A stretch of 64,000 nucleotides of DNA from assembly GCA_040753215.1 (NCBI GenBank), contig JBFMEZ010000025.1, positions 74,440 through 138,439 on the forward strand, written 5' to 3'. The position numbers and the translations under genes were made by a program. Below the pieces are notes generated by a model. The model saw only the letters and a program-made list of their open reading frames with translations, ran no database searches and had not been told where the DNA came from. Below are positions 61,997 through 64,000 of the stretch, one piece after another. This DNA comes from Candidatus Micrarchaeota archaeon. GTDB taxonomy: Archaea; Micrarchaeota; Micrarchaeia; Anstonellales; Bilamarchaeaceae. Within the stretch, counting starts at the first letter, position 1, and each line of letters starts with the position of its first letter.

Positions 61997-63511
61997 TTAC
62001 CCCTTCCCTATTCGGCTACCCCTCAGCCAGTCCAGATCATTCTTATAGAACGTCCTTATATCCGCAAGCCCTTCCATGAGCATCATCGGCCTTTCCAGGC
62101 TCAGCCCCCACGCAAGCACCGGATAAACGCCGCAGAGCGGCTTCGTCATCTCGGGCCTGAATATCCCGGCCCCGCCAAGCTCCATCCAGCCCCCGGTTCC
62201 CGGCGAACCAAACCTCCGCTCCTCCTTCCCTTCAGTTGCTCTGGAGGTTTGGTTCGGTTCCCCGTTTCCGGCTTTCCGCTCAAAAAATACCTCTATCTCC
62301 AGGCTCGGCTCCGTGTACGGGAAATAGCTCGGCCTGAACCTTATCTTCTCAAACCCCAGCCTGCTGTAGAACTCCTTCAGCAATCCGAGAAGGTGCCTGA
62401 AGTTCGCCCCGTCCCACGCCACTATGCCCTCCACCTGGTGGAATTCCGCAAGGTGCTTGAAGTCCGTCGCCTCGTTCCTGAACACCCTTCCCACGCAGAA
62501 GTATTTTTTCCCCTTCCCCCCGCTTTTCCTGAGCGTCTCATCCAGCTTCGCGAGGTACCTCGCGCTCACCGCGGTCGTGTGTGTGCGCAGAACCATCTTC
62601 CGTGCCTCTTCCGCGCTCCATGGGCATTTCCATCCTTCCTCATGGCTCTTCTTCACCTTCTCTACTATTTTCCTGTCCGGCAGCTCCCCGTCCATTTCCA
62701 GATAGAAAGTGTCCGCCAAATCACGGGCAGGGTGGTCCTGCGGCTGGAACAGGGCATCGAAGTTCCAGAACGCGCTCTCGACCATGGGCCCCTCCATCTC
62801 CTCGAATCCCATCTCTATGAAAATCCTCCTTATCCTTTCCGTCATCCGCGTCAGCGGGTGCATCTTGCCCACCGGCTCATCAGCCGCCGGCGCGACCGCA
62901 TATGGGCTGAACTCCGCGCCCTTCCACTTCCCGCTCACGATAATCCCATGCGTCAGCTCGCCGATCTCCTCCCCCATCCCGCCGATTCCCTTCGCCTCCC
63001 CCTCGCCCTTTTTTGTGAGCGCCACGAGCATCTTCCTGTGTTCGCTCTCCAGGAGCAGCCCCCTCCCCACGAGGGTTTCCAGTTCCCGGTTTCCCGTTTC
63101 CAGCTTCTCCGGCTCCCTCGCCGCCTTCTCAAGCGCATACTCCCCCGGCTTCCTGACCGCCTTTACCCTCCCGTTCTCAATCGCAATCCAGCCGTTCTTC
63201 TTCGCCCACATCACCCCTATTCTTTTTTCTTCTTCACTCAGTTCCCCCACCGCCTTCCCGCCCTTCGCCGCAACCCTCACTTCCGGGAACCCTTCCCTCA
63301 AAAACCGTTCGCACTCCGCGCTCCTCGCATATTCTTTCGCGGCCCTCTCCTCCACTTCCACAAGCCCCTTCTCCTGCAGCCAGAGCGCCGCCCTCCTGAA
63401 CGCGTCCAGCTCTCCGGGCCCCTTCGCAAGGGCTTCCAGGCCGTGGCTGCCGGCTCCGGCATCCAGAAGCCTCTTCAGCAGAATCTTTTCCGTCCTGTGG
63501 AGTATCATCAC
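61997..63511 (-). CDS. pheS: Phenylalanyl-tRNA synthetase alpha subunit (archaeal type)
   Basis: The class II core motifs FRNEATD...EFHQVEG and the C-terminal motif 3 are present. Two in-frame heptamer-array insertions are present (PEKLETGNRELETLVG and ERKAGNGEPN). Confidence 0.85.
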   Translation of the reverse strand: MMILHRTEKILLKRLLDAGAGSHGLEALAKGPGELDAFRRAALWLQEKGLVEVEERAAKEYARSAECERFLREGFPEVRVAAKGGKAVGELSEEEKRIGVMWAKKNGWIAIENGRVKAVRKPGEYALEKAAREPEKLETGNRELETLVGRGLLLESEHRKMLVALTKKGEGEAKGIGGMGEEIGELTHGIIVSGKWKGAEFSPYAVAPAADEPVGKMHPLTRMTERIRRIFIEMGFEEMEGPMVESAFWNFDALFQPQDHPARDLADTFYLEMDGELPDRKIVEKVKKSHEEGWKCPWSAEEARKMVLRTHTTAVSARYLAKLDETLRKSGGKGKKYFCVGRVFRNEATDFKHLAEFHQVEGIVAWDGANFRHLLGLLKEFYSRLGFEKIRFRPSYFPYTEPSLEIEVFFERKAGNGEPNQTSRATEGKEERRFGSPGTGGWMELGGAGIFRPEMTKPLCGVYPVLAWGLSLERPMMLMEGLADIRTFYKNDLDWLRGSRIGKG

Positions 63512-63537
63512 TGCTCCCTCTTTTTCCTCGCCAAGAC

Positions 63538-63650
63538 AAAACGCGGAGGGGGGCGCCCCTCCTCATTTTTTCCTGGATGGTGAAATTCCGCAGAATTTCG
63601 CCAGACATCGCCGCAGCGATGCAGATTTTCTGATCCTCCCCCCACTTCAC
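63538..63650 (+). repeat. Family B repeat (copy B10) with a nested inverted partial family A copy (A6, 63579-63624)
   Basis: Reads aaaacgcggaggggggcgcccctcctca, then rc(tggcgaagttctgcggaacttcacc...), then cctccccccacttcac. It is flanked by ttttcctc-containing direct repeats. Confidence 0.7.
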
Positions 63651-64000
63651 TCATCCTCCGCTTTTCCTCTTCCTCGCTTGTAGATAGAAATACGAGCCCG
63701 CCACTATCAGCACGAGCAGCAGCGCGGGTACCCCCTGCGGGCCGCGCAGGAAACCGTAAAGTTCCGTCCTCGCGCCTATGAAGAAGCCGACCACCTCCTG
63801 GTCCAGGCTCTCCTCCTTCTCGAATATGAGCGAGAAGTGCGCGAGCACCTCGTTCTGCCAGCTCATCTGCACCCTCCCGCCACTCTCGGCGCTCTCCTCC
63901 GGCAGCGGGCTCACGTAGAGCACCTTCGCCCCCTGCGGCAGCTCGAAGGTGATCCTCTGGTTCTCCCCCAGTATGACATCCCCGAGCTCGCTCGTCTCGA
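63651..64000 (-). CDS. C-terminal part of a protein with C-terminal TM anchor and basic tail (gene continues beyond window end)
   Basis: The ORF ends ...ALLLVLIVAGSYFYLQARKRKSGG*. Its upstream sequence runs off the window. Confidence 0.4.
   Translation of the reverse strand, partial: ETSELGDVILGENQRITFELPQGAKVLYVSPLPEESAESGGRVQMSWQNEVLAHFSLIFEKEESLDQEVVGFFIGARTELYGFLRGPQGVPALLLVLIVAGSYFYLQARKRKSGG

Noticed and set aside
8341-63650. Could the dispersed repeats be a CRISPR array or ORB origin boxes?
   Set aside because: Copies are kilobases apart, with no regular repeat-spacer periodicity and no cas genes, so this is not CRISPR. The GTTTCCA heptamer resembles half of an archaeal ORB (TCCA..GGAAAC), but the copies are scattered over 64 kb with no orc1/cdc6 nearby, so an origin is unsupported.

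Overview
This window is an archaeal chromosome segment of roughly 58-60% GC. Its protein-gene content is archaeal throughout: TFE, RadA, aIF6, aIF2-alpha, Nop10, L44e/S27e/L31e/L39e/LX/S19e, prefoldin-alpha, FtsY, FEN-1, an archaeal-type ThrRS with editing domain, SecF-SecD, aMBF1 and an NreA-like protein. About 75 protein genes are supported, plus three tRNAs: Gly-TCC, Gly-GCC, and an intron-containing Thr-CGT. Two conserved archaeal superoperons are present on the minus strand: S19e-PDCD5-like-L39e-L31e-aIF6-(tRNA-binding)-LX-PfdA-FtsY and (GINS-like)-L44e-S27e-aIF2a-Nop10-PAC2. The region is unusually rich in small non-autonomous repeats. Family A (~90 nt, four nested hairpins) has 6-7 copies, one inside the tRNA-Thr intron and one supplying the only ATG of a PHP gene. 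Family B (~70-130 nt) has 10 copies, found at tRNA upstream regions and immediately after stop codons. Family C (~200 nt, 99% identical) occurs as a pair flanking fen-1 plus a methyltransferase gene. Ubiquitous GTTTCCN heptamer arrays occur as terminator-like inverted pairs at gene ends and also in frame inside coding regions. Family B insertions and several small cargo cassettes (cdd at tRNA-Gly, a GNAT gene at tRNA-Thr, and a vapBC/ATPase island between tpiA and thrS) are flanked by long 15-70 bp duplications of the 3' end of the target gene or tRNA. The gene-proximal copy has diverged from the displaced copy, which is an integrase-like footprint, but no integrase is present in the window. 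Separately, the window encodes a full-length but degenerate bacterial RpoD-type sigma-70 homolog (regions 2-4) in an otherwise archaeal context. All calls rest on motif recognition by eye; no database searches were run.
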